This document shows, in pieces, positions 11,031 through 21,602 of a stretch of DNA of 32,534 nt. The first letter of the stretch is position 1; each line of letters begins with the position of its first letter. Position numbers and translations under genes: made by a program. The stretch covers positions 1-32,534 of the forward strand of contig JAQGDQ010001613.1 in NCBI GenBank assembly GCA_030141605.1, read 5' to 3'. The DNA is from Tubiluchus corallicola (lineage: Eukaryota > Animalia > Priapulida). Below the pieces are notes generated by a model that had not been told where the DNA came from, did no database searches, and was given only the letters and a program-made list of their open reading frames with translations.

Positions 11031-12275
11031 AATGCTCTTTTACAAGTTAGTGTTGGGAGCGAGTAGATTTTTATGGTGGGGTGCAACTCTTTACCTCCCA
11101 ACTCATCCACCAATCTGACTAACCTGTCGCGTCATCTTTTATTCACAATAAAAGGGTTGTGCAACATACGTGGGCGGTTGTTGTCCTACAATTTTCCAGA
11201 GGGCAACAAGGCATATGAACCAAAAATTCAACGACACAGGTATAATTAATATGTCTTTAGAGAGGTTGCAATGTCGAAGGGCTCACTTGAAAAACCAGCG
11301 GGTCTAAGGCTTGATGTTACGTTTTACGGGGGTTTACTTAGGCATCATGGTTTTCCATGTTGACCATGACATACATAGATTTCAAACATTCCAACAACAA
11401 AATCTTATATGAAATGGAGGAAAAGATTATGATTATGTTTACTATTTTTATTCACCTTTTACTCTGTTTAGATAAATTAGAACAGGTCATTATCACAACT
11501 ATCAATAACAGTTTCGCGTAAAGGCAGTTAACAATAATAAAAACGACAAAGTGAAAAGAAAACAAAATGTCTACTTATCAGTTAGCCCTTCCCCTGAGCG
11601 GACAAGGACACAGGAGAGGAGTCCGCGGACGTAGCTCGCTCCAGTCAGTCACAGCAACACATCAACGACTTCAAGTCTATGGCCATAACAATCAACGGTG
11701 ATGACGCCGGCTGCAGCACCAATCAAACATGAACTAAGGAATGGCTCACAAATCTTTGTGGTTGACTCAGGATATGTCCACAATCCACAACGTCTGGACA
11801 CTGGTGGCTAGTCACGCATCTGCATGTAATTTAGACTAAGACACATCGTAGAGAGTTCCAACATCTCATCAGTGTGAATAAAGCTCCATCCACAACATCA
11901 AAACTGAAGTAGTTTGGTATCACCACTGATTCAGAGACTTTTATAATCAAGTTTAGGATTTTAACCATTTTTTGTAGAGTAAAGTTAAAGTTAAAAGATA
12001 AAGCATTTTGGCTGCTTTCAGATTCAGCAATTACACTGTACTCTCCTGGATATCTATGTCATGCACTTTCCAAGATCATGTTATGCATGGATAGGTTATA
12101 GTATATTACGAGAGGAGGGGTGATAGGTAGGAAGCCCTTCCCACAGACTATACTACAGCAATATCTAGTTTAGCTATGTGTAAGAACCTTACAGTTAGAC
12201 TAGCGAGTTTTCTAGCAGAGTAACTCGCCAAGTAACTTGCAAGAGTGTTCAATCTAGAGAGTAAAACTTGAACTA

Positions 12276-12530
12276 ACGGCACGTTCATAACAGTGAGCAG
12301 GGCAACTTTAACTCGTCAGAACTTGCTGCGAGTTATTCTCCTCTTTGCTTACATCTCTATTTGCTGCGAGAAGTGTCGATAGTATCTCGCCGAGGCGTTC
12401 ACACTAGACCGAAATCCACTAGCAGCAACTGTAGGAGAGTTTTCAATAACTTGCTGACAGTAACTCGCAAAGCAGTTCACACTTACAAGTTTGCTGTCAG
12501 AGAGAAAACTGATTAGTCTGAACGCGCCAT
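12276..12530. mobile_element. Small degenerate MITE (Harbinger-like)
   Basis: Inverted ends ctaacggcacgttcata / tctgaacgcgccattag with internal aacttgc/aactcgc repeats. Confidence 0.45.
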
Positions 12531-12653
12531 TAGACACCTTCGAAAGCGTGACTGTAGATTATCTTTAGGAGAAAGAAAACCCTAGGGAAACTTTATTAAT
12601 TGTAATTTTTTCTGTGACTTCATTAACGGTCACCATTTGTTGCACTTGTATTA

Positions 12654-12858
12654 AATGCTCAGGCATTTGTACTTCGTTTTTGCACCTAAAGGTGTCACCA
12701 CCATGCAAGAAAGAACGAAACCATCTACTTTGTTACATCTGCATAAATTGTTTTAATTAAATACTTCACAATTTTGCAAAGTTTACAGATGCACCTATTT
12801 TTATATATGGTGGTGACACCTGTGAGTGAGAAAATGAACTCAAACACCGAAGTATTTA
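12654..12858. repeat. Imperfect inverted repeat, probable degenerate MITE
   Basis: aggtgtcaccaccat (~12690) / atggtggtgacacct (~12807) with weaker outward complementarity. Confidence 0.45.
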
Positions 12859-13156
12859 ATTAAAACAATTTATGCATATGAACACAGAAAGAAAGAGAAA
12901 GACTAGTTTTTATATTTCAAGATCTAGCTCAGATATCAGATATGTATATATGTATATGTAATTAACTGTAATAAGTGTAGCTATATTTCATATATTATGA
13001 TGAAGTGTATTTATGTGTAAAAATGTACAATGTGCACTTGCAAATGGAGAATAAGTTAGATTTCTTATAATAATTATTTTTATTATACATAATTATGTAC
13101 TTTCATGCATTGTAATATGTTGATATCAGGCCCAGTATCCAAAATTGGGAATCAAA

Positions 13157-13464
13157 TCAAGGTTCTATATCAAGCCAGCCACACTTCTTCAACTGGTAGT
13201 CGTCTAACCAGTTGCAACAACATTCTTTGAAGAACGCTCTGGTCATGAAAACTCTACTCAACTTCGTTGCGCACTTGTAGAACAGTTCAATCTTTCTTTG
13301 TCCTTCGAGATGTTTCTTAATACAATTCCAACGTCCGCGTCCTCGATGAGCCACTGCGTGTGTTTTGGACCACTCCCATCTGATGTTGCCAGAAAGAGCA
13401 ACAGAAAGAACAGCAGAGGAGGAAGATATCTAAGAGAAGACGTTAGTTGCACGAGTTGTAACAT
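13157..13464 (-). pseudogene. Frameshifted Cys-rich family gene (paralogue C)
   Basis: MLQLVQ...LLFFLLLFLATSDGSGPKHTQWLIEDADVG, then a 1-nt frameshift at ~13326 into CIKKHLEGQRKIELFYKCATKLSRVFMTRAFFKECCCNWLDDYQLKKCGWLDIEP*. Cys1 is Ser (AGT), Cys3 is Phe (TTC), and there is a stop before any hydrophobic tail. Confidence 0.8.
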
Positions 13465-13762
13465 TGTATGTTTCCAATACTTTTGAAGCTTTTGAAACAC
13501 ATTTGAAACTCAATTCCTGTTACGTCACAGATTTAGCTAAACAACACATTTTTCTGTTCACGGTTTAGACATATGTTTTTGAAGAACATCATTGTTATTG
13601 AAACTCATAACCTGCAAAAACGTTTTTCAAGAAAGAGCAGAAGCCCCTGAGATCTATTGCGTCATTTCCTGCCTGTAATTGTAGCAAATAACGCAGTTAA
13701 TTAAACAGTGTTATGTAGACCAGATGTTTGCAAAATTGTTCAATGCAGCTTCAGTACAGTAA

Positions 13763-14434
13763 AGGTACGACTCCGTGCGTGCGTAATGCGTCATGCGTTT
13801 TCAACAGTTTGTATTTAAACGTGTAAATGTGTTTCCATGGGTACGTAATGCGTAATCCGTAATGGGTGATGCGTGATCCGTATTCACCCGAACGTGATCG
13901 CTAACGTCCGAAAACGCATCACACAGCAATATGCATACGGAAACTATCGTTTCCTAGGTGATTATAGCAAGTTTTCAAGTTTCCAGTGACCATTTTGCTG
14001 TTTAGCTTTCTGAAAATTCTGGTTAGGTGAGTTTTGGTCACTTTAGGATTTACAGACAAAAATATTTTTTCTATTTGAGTTTTTTGAGAGGTGGAAGAAG
14101 CACGCTGTTACGTATTGTGCATCTAACTGCAGTTCTTTCACTAAATGATGATACCTGCCATATTGTCCTCTCCCCTGCAAAATGTTGTGCTCCCAAAACC
14201 TGTGCTTCCTCATCCGTCTAAAAGCGCAATAGTAATTATCAAGGTAAAATTTCCATATAGAGACATGGTTCCCAAAAATTACTGCTTGCAATTTTCTCGA
14301 AATGTGGCGGAAGAGCGCCGTGAGCTTTGTTAATACGCATAGCGTTTACGGACACATTGAAACATTCAATACGCATAGCGCATTGCGGATCATGGATCAC
14401 GCATTACGCATTATGTACACACGGAGTCGTGGCT
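13763..14434. mobile_element. Mirror copy of the Harbinger-like MITE at 8663-9367
   Basis: aggtacgactccgtg ... cacggagtcgtggct, with the same flanks as the left copy, so it inserted before the duplication. Confidence 0.65.
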
Positions 14435-16501
14435 TCAGCCATAACGTCGTCTTGCTTGCTGTGCGCATGCGGTCATGCGCGCATGTCTGAAATAAGATGC
14501 TGTACTTTAGGTAGAAAGAGTACTGAAGTTCACTGCAGTACGTGTTGCCAGTTGTCACGTGCTTAAAGCCGTGTATCAACATATTTTTGAACTGCGACAA
14601 TTTAGGTCATTCGTAAGAAAACAAAATTTTTTGTTTCGGAGTTTATCAAGGTTTTGTTTAAATTAATTTGTTTGTTTAAAATTACAATTACAACATTATA
14701 ATTACACACGTTTGTTTCTTTTTACACAGTATAAAAACAACGACAAACATTTTTAATTTTCCAGCACCCCTACTAATTTTAGCTACGAGTCGCCACTGAT
14801 CTCCAAGTACGCCTGGTGGCGTTAAAACAGGAGATTTCTTGTACAGAGGTGTTTGTCAAGGTTACAGTACAGAGAATGTATTTTGAATTGATGATTAAAG
14901 ATTATATTATTGCCTCAGTCGGAAGCCGAGTTACGTGGGCCATATCACGCTACGATCAGCTGGTGTTTGACCCACTTAAGAGGACGCGCCATGATTATAG
15001 ATGTGATGACGCAGCTCCTATAGATGCGCAAAAGTTCAGTGCACATGAAAAATCTAAACAAAAGCGAGTTTCAGCCAGCAACTCAGGGCAGATAAGGGAG
15101 GTGATCCGGAGACTGAGGGCTAGCCTGTGTTCCTCGCTATTTATGTCTTATGTTTAATAAATGTGGAATTTTCTAAATAAAGATTTGCTCTGCCCTCTCG
15201 GTTGTTCGCAGCGCTGCACGTCACGAGCCACACAGTCACAGCAGCAGTAAAGAACAATAAACAGAAGCTACAAGTTTTACAAACTCACATTTTTACTGTA
15301 ATTTATGCAACCAAACGTTTTGATCATTTAAGATCTTCCTGCACAAATGTGTTTTTTTGCCAAAGAATCGAATTTTATATTATTGTATCTAGGATAACTG
15401 ATACAGACGTTTTATATAGCTCATTGTACTTCCAATATTGGAGTTCATCAGTCAGCCCTTCATTTAATATTTAATCTAACATCTCCTCCTCGTGTGCAGT
15501 TTTTTATCTTACAATTACTGGAGTTGCTATTTCAAAAAAAAATTAGCCATTGTTCCAAGAAACAAATATTTAATTTTAATGTTGTATTTGTAATTGTTAT
15601 TTTAGAAAAACAAACGTGCGAAAGCTTATAAATAAACTTGATAAATCCTAAACGAAAAAAACATTTTTTGTTTATTAATAATTGTCTAAATTGTCGCAGT
15701 TCAAGCTTAATCCATTCACGGTAAACAGGTCACAACAAACAGTACCTGTGTGAGTGACAGTACCTTCTCTACCTAACCTCAGACATGTGCTCACGTGAAA
15801 CATCGCCTTGCTTGAGTTGTGAGCACACTGTGCTGGGCTGTGAAGCACTGTACTAGACTCACGTACTCTGGTTTCATACAAGTAAAAAGAAAAAGACTTA
15901 TTATATTGAACATTATCGATAATGTTCAGTAAAAGTACATGTACACGAGCCACAACTGTTTGTGTGTAACTAGAAACACATTTATGTAATATGCATTTTA
16001 AAATAAAAAAATGATCATCATTATCAATTTATATACCTTTGGATGTTATCTACTTGGAGTTACAATTCAGTCAACAATGTATTGATGTTTCTCTATCATT
16101 CAGAATAGAAAATTTCATTCTCCAAAAGAATCATTTTATCATTTTGACAATTTGATTGTTGCCATTGTTGAACAATGGGTGTTGGCCTGCATATGTGGCT
16201 GGTTCCTAAAAACCAATGGTCCCAATGTACAGCCAACGAACTCAAGTAATGTTCCATATCTTGTACTCCAAGTGAGCTCAATGTCTCAAAAGTGCTACCT
16301 AAATACATCACATCTAGGTGAGGGTGTTGAAACAAGATTGGAACAGCACATCCACAACGGGCACAGCTTTTGTTGAGCGATTGGCCGCTTGTGGATGAAG
16401 ACTTGTGCTGCCAAGAACCTATGTTTGACGGTAAAGTAAAGGGTTTTTGGTGTTTACTAGGAGAAAAACGAGTTAATAATAATTATTAATAGGAACATCT
16501 A

Positions 16502-16824
16502 TAGTTAAAGACAACACAGCTTTATTAAAAACTTTTACATTAAAAAGTTAAAAGTTTAAATCATGCCAAACGTTTCGACAAGCTGCTGCTGTTATCAGTG
16601 GTAAATTTACAAATATACAACCAGTTTATGTATAGTAATTACCTATTTGGCTTATGTTAATAACTTAATCAGTGCATAATAGGCTCTGCCTATATAAAGT
16701 GGATGTATGTTTGTAAATTTACCACTGAAGATGACAGCAGCAGCCTGTCGAAACGTTTGACATGATTCTAACTTTTTAACATTTCAATGTAAAAGTTTTA
16801 ATAAAGTTGTGCTGTTTTTAACTA
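16502..16824. mobile_element. Palindromic Penelope pLTR derivative with two oppositely oriented hammerhead-bearing arms
   Basis: ~16502-16630 is the reverse complement of ~16695-16824. The segment 16638-16770 is homologous to the Penelope 3' end at 1958-2090. Confidence 0.75.
16720..16762 (+). ncRNA. Minimal type I hammerhead ribozyme motif
   Basis: CTGAAGA (16725-16731), T, perfect stem II GACAG/CTGTC, GAAA (16750-16753), then CGTT. A degenerate antisense copy lies at ~16565-16603. Confidence 0.65.
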
Positions 16825-16870
16825 AGAAGAAAAGTGAAATTAAAGACATCATTGTTTTTGTCTTTTTCAG

Positions 16871-17236
16871 ATGAGCACTTTCGTGATAGGAAACGTATTT
16901 TTTCTGTTTTTGTTTCCTGCTGTCTTGTACGAAACGTCCAACGGTTGTGGACGCAGGAAAGTAAAACAGTTAATGGAGAAAAACATTGTGCTCTGCAGAA
17001 AAGCCACACGTGCAGGTCGAACACATACTAGGCGCTGTGACGTTTGTTCTCAAGGCCATGGACTGTACAGCGCACTTTATTACAAAGAGTGTTGTAAGTG
17101 GAATGATCCGTACTATACAGAATATTGTGGCAAGTTACTTATACCACCAAGTCCTGCTGAAGGTTCTGGTCATCAAATTCGTTCTGTCATGTCCATCTCT
17201 GTGCTAGTTTCGTCTGCTATTATGCTAAAGAATTGA
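16871..17236 (+). CDS. Small secreted or GPI-anchored Cys-rich protein, paralogue D (121 aa)
   Basis: Acceptor tttttgtctttttcag immediately before the ATG. Signal peptide ...YETSNG|C, core C-x15-C-x13-C-x2-C-x14-CC-x10-C. Spacer PPSPAEGSG then hydrophobic tail VMSISVLVSSAIML. AATAAA overlaps the stop. Confidence 0.82.
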   Translation: MSTFVIGNVFFLFLFPAVLYETSNGCGRRKVKQLMEKNIVLCRKATRAGRTHTRRCDVCSQGHGLYSALYYKECCKWNDPYYTEYCGKLLIPPSPAEGSGHQIRSVMSISVLVSSAIMLKN

Positions 17237-17739
17237 ATAAATTTTGTTACTTTTTTAAACAACGAAACGTTTATGCTCTTAATTTCAATTATAGCAGTTA
17301 ATGATGTCTTGTTTTTCTTCTGCCACTAAAAATTTTTGCTTTTGTGAATCTGGATTCTCATGTTTCTATTTCTGGTTGTAGCCGCTTGGTTCTAAACTTG
17401 TCTAACGAATTTGTACATCGTAATGAAGGTAGCATTGGCCCACAGAACTTTTTTTCAAATTATCACGTGTGTTGTAAAGTGATAATAGATGTTTCCTTTA
17501 TCCGAATGCCATCAGGAAAATGTTGCTTGTTTTTCACTCTTGTGTTAATAAATTGCTTTGAAAAATTTTACCCTTGAATTAGTTTATTGTGTAAGTCCTT
17601 TTTAGTAATCTCGCGTTTTCAGAGGAAATAAAAAGGGCAACTTTTTTGCAGCAAAGAAGAAAAACTGCAGAAACTGTAAAACAAAAGACACTACAGTTCT
17701 TTGTTTCACAGTGTAGTTGTGCGCATGCACAGTTGCTGT

Positions 17740-18039
17740 AGATCAAAGGTTACCACAGCGACGCATCTTAACTACAACCGTCACGTCACATGTGTGTCAG
17801 ACAAAGCCGTCCGCCGCATCAGCTCAGTAACTTCAGTTGTTTTACCTGTACTTTACTTAATGATGCATTAGTCTGAGAGTAGAGTGATTTACTATCAGGA
17901 TCTTGCTTGGGAACAAGAAAAAATGAACTAGGTAAGGTTCTAGCTAGCTGTTAAAATTGTTACTATTACAATAGCATGGGCTGCGAGACGTTGCCAAGTG
18001 TACACAAATGCGTCGTCTGGTACACTTAACCTTTGACCT
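17740..18039. mobile_element. Second copy of the MITE at 2875-3164
   Basis: Colinear homology (e.g. aaaaaatgaactaggtaaggttctagc, cacttaacctttgacct). The left TIR is partly deleted. Confidence 0.7.
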
Positions 18040-18789
18040 TTTCACGATCATCATCAATAGCTCGAACTGTGAAAAGACTTATCATTTTGACTTTCACTAT
18101 AAGACATAAGCCATAAACTGTTTGGGACCTTTTAGCTGTATGAAACTGGCCCTAGGATTGCTTACCTAGTCAATAATTAAAGGTTTGAATAGCAGATAAG
18201 TATAACATAATTCAATAGTATAAGATAAATAAACGATTTGGATACTAGTCGCTTTAGATTTTGAATTAGACTATCGTTGTATGTAAACACAAAGCCAGAC
18301 CAGTTTGTCTGCGCACACTGATTTTTAAGATTAAGAATGGTTCACAAGCACTGACGTTCACATAACCTTGATAGGACTGTAGCGATCACTGGTCACATAT
18401 AAGATTTAGACTTTCACTAAGAAGTGTGCATGATAAGTTACCTTGCAATAGAAATCAACTATATGCAGTTTCCATAAGTGCTTTAACAGAGTTTTTTGTA
18501 CATAAACAAATCGATTTGTGCAGAATTATGGGTAATTTAATCATTTGTGACATTCTTCCATTGTTGCGGTGACCATTGGCTCGTTCACGTGTCCGCTGCC
18601 ACTGTGTTATTATTCTGGAGCTTTAAAATTACATTAGGTATTATATTAGATCAAATTTACTAATTTAATACATTATTTATGAAGTTTATGAAATGTGAAA
18701 CGACTTATTTTTTGATATTTTATAATTGTTTTACTACCAAAGTGGACAAAAAAGAACAAATGTGTGCTTGCAAACCAAAACCGTCCACG

Positions 18790-19325
18790 AGACGGAATAG
18801 CTAGAATGGCGTCATGATGCTTCATAGTGGAATGCATCCAAAAGACGGAATAGCTAGAATGGCGTCATGATGCTTCATAGTGGAATGCATCCAAAAGACG
18901 GAATAGCTAGAATGGCGTCATGATGCTTCATAGTGGAATGCATCCAAAAGACGGAATAACTAGAATGCCGTTTATGATGCTTCATAGTGGAATGCATCCA
19001 AAAGACGGAATAGCTAAAATGGCGTCACGATTTCTTCATAGTGGAATGCATAAAAAAGACGGAATAGCTAAAATGGTGTCATGATGCTTCATAGTGGAAT
19101 GCATCCAAAAGACGGAACAGCTAAAATGGCGTCATGATGCTTCATAGTGGAATGCATCCAAAAGACGGAATAGCTAAAATGGCGTCATGATGGCTTCATA
19201 GTGGAATGCATCCAAAAGACGGAACAGCTAAAATGGCCTTATGGTGGCTTCATAGTGGAATGCATCCAAAAGGCGGAATAGCTAAAATGGCGTCATGATG
19301 GCTTCATAGTGAAATGCATCCAAAA
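18790..19325. repeat. Minisatellite, 53-54 bp x10
   Basis: Unit agacggaatagctagaatggcgtcatgatgcttcatagtggaatgcatccaaa. Confidence 0.95.
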
Positions 19326-19357
19326 TCGGGTCAAATATCATTTTTTTGTTTTCTGTT

Positions 19358-19850
19358 TTGCGTTCCTGCCGCTAGTTCTTCACTGCTACATATATTTCTC
19401 CATTCACTAGTTAGACGGGCACTAGCGCCTGCATTTCGGAAACGCATTGCACGAGAACAGATGCTGTACCTCTTAGTTCATATGTTTTAGTTTGTGACGA
19501 ACTGCACACTTTTCACCGTTCTTGCGTGAGCACAGCAAATTTGAAATTTGAATTTTATCTTAAAACTCGCCTAGTTTTAGTACAACACACTGAATATCTT
19601 ACAGAAGCGCTGTACTTCAATTTTCGCTTTCGCGAACACATGCAACACGCTCGTGGAATATCTTTGCTGTTGAAAATTATGTTAGTTTGTGATGTCAGCA
19701 ATAGTTGGGCTCCACGGTCGTTAATTAAGTTTTTAATCTATTATTTAATTATCAGAAACGCTCTAGCAGTATTTATTGTGTCAAAATGTATACTTTTTAT
19801 CGGACTTGAAAATGGGGCAGTGTGTGAAAAATCATCCTGTCTTCTTCTAA
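19358..19850 (+). repeat. Interspersed repeat (~500 bp), copy 1 of 3
   Basis: Homologous to 27320-27808 (+) and 28383-28870 (-), e.g. tagacgggcactagc, aaaattatgttagtttgtgatgtca. Confidence 0.85.
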
Positions 19851-20831
19851 ACAAAAAGTATACAATGTCCGCACAGAGTCGTTTGATGCAGAGGAAGTAA
19901 AGGATTAAACAGTTGAGTGCTAGAACCAAATACTCTTTAAAGAAATAAGAAACTGTGTCATTTACTGGAAGAAATACCTTCGTCTATTTTGGCGTGAAAA
20001 TGGCGGATATATATACCATTTGCTGTAAATTTTAACAACAATGAAGAAAATAAAATTTTTCAAGTTATTGATTTTTTGATTTGTTGTTTTAAAATTTTTG
20101 TATCTTTGAACAAATCTAATGGCATGACTTCAAATTTTTTGCTGTTTATAGACAAACGTCTTAAGCATTAATGTGGTAATGTCTCAAGCGATTACTTTAC
20201 TTTCTTCTTATAATATCGCGATCAAAACATCGGCACATTTTTTCACCACCTGGTACAATTTTTATCATGCAGAACACTAATCCGTCTGCATGATGGAAAA
20301 CAATTTTACGACAATAAAGCCTGACTGAGACAATAATAAAAATTAATGTAATTATGTAAGCTATTGTTGTTATATACACAATTTGCTAAATTACCTACGC
20401 AGACGTAAATTTTTTTACCTAAAAACACATTTATCAAATAGAATAATGGATCTAGATCCGCCCTAAAGTTCCTTTACTAAAGATCCGCCCCAAAATTCTT
20501 TCACGTAAGCCTCGCCCATCTGACAGTTTAATTCATGGAATTTTATTGAACAGTGTTATCTTTGCGTTGTCCTGCTAGTAAACATACAAACAAACAGATT
20601 GTCTTATAATGACGGTATTAACTCTAAGAACGCCAAAGTAATAAAAGTATCACGCTTAAAAATACAGTAGGTCTAGCAAAAAACACGACCAGCTACTGTA
20701 TAACACATGCTACGTGATCACGTGACTGCTGAGCAACCAATCATCTTCCTTGTGTGATGCTGAGCGTCGTTGAGCGTCACGCTGTTGAACCAAAGCTCTG
20801 CTATGTAAACCCGTTATAAGATACATTAAGC

Positions 20832-20951
20832 GTCTACGGCCATATCACGTTGAAAACACCGGTTCTCGTCTGATCACCGAAGTTAAGCAGCGTAGAGCCT
20901 GGTTAGTACTTGGATGGGTGACCGCCTGGGAATACCAGGTGCTGTAGGCTT
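20832..20951 (+). rRNA. 5S: 5S ribosomal RNA gene, full length, solitary
   Basis: GTCTACGGCCATATCACGTTGAAAACACCGGTTCTCGTCTGATCACCGAAGTTAAGC...GTACTTGGATGGGTGACCGCCTGGGAATACCAGGTGCTGTAGGCTT. Box A and box C are intact, the terminal stem pairs, and a T-run Pol III terminator follows. Confidence 0.97.
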
Positions 20952-21114
20952 TTTGTTTTTGAAGAATTTTAAATTGAAAACCTAGTACTAGTTGTACTGC
21001 ATAAACTATTTTCTCAAACTCATATTTTTGCATTCAAATCTGGCATGAAAATATAGATTTCCTGCAGTGTTCCATTATGATGTAACATACCGTTAAAACA
21101 ATTTCCTTCTCTTA

Positions 21115-21245
21115 AACTTTGTCGTAGTAACGCGTTTGCTTTCCGTCTTGGAGGTCGAGAGTTCGATGCCTCAGCTGGGAAATATCAAGGAGTTCAAAAT
21201 GGTACATGCTGTTACCCTGCGTGGCACGTAGTATTTAGAATAAAA
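21115..21245 (+). mobile_element. Decayed tRNA-derived SINE
   Basis: B-box-like gagttcgatgcc (~21158-21170) followed by aaaatggtacatgctgttaccctgcgtggcac, which from memory resembles the conserved core of invertebrate Meta-type SINEs. Confidence 0.5.
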
Positions 21246-21369
21246 GCTCTTAGAATAAAACATAATAATAATTTCTATTATGTAGCTGTAGGCTTGCTAT
21301 TTACGGTTGGCAAAAAGCTTTTCAAGCTGATGTTAATTGTTTATTCAAAAGCAGACTTAAAATAAAAAT

Positions 21370-21390
21370 ATTATTATTATTATTATTATT

Positions 21391-21429
<39 letters not shown>

Positions 21430-21550
21430 ATTATTATTATTATTATTATTATTGTTGTTGTTACTATTTTTATTATTATTATTATCAGTGTTATTACTAT
21501 TTTTATTATTGTCATCGTCGTTGTCGTCGTCGCCATCTTCATCATCATCA
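21370..21550. repeat. Compound (ATT)n/(GTT)n/(GTC)n microsatellite
   Basis: Direct observation. Confidence 0.95.
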
Positions 21551-21602
21551 AAAGTGTGCCTCTTTGTGTAGGAATATTCTACTGCATTGGTAAATGGTAC
21601 GT

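Larger units (their letters stand above)
12897..15510. repeat. Right arm of the large inverted duplication
   Basis: Reverse complement of segments within 5551-10960. ORF pairs 5905/14816 and 8909/14027 are near-identical. Confidence 0.92.

Noticed and set aside
229-17236. Ly6/uPAR (three-finger) or CHH/ITP identity for the Cys-rich proteins
   Set aside because: They lack the CC-x4-CN terminus and 8-10 Cys pattern of Ly6. The adjacent CC differs from the C-x3-C of CHH/ITP. A distant structural relationship cannot be excluded without modelling.
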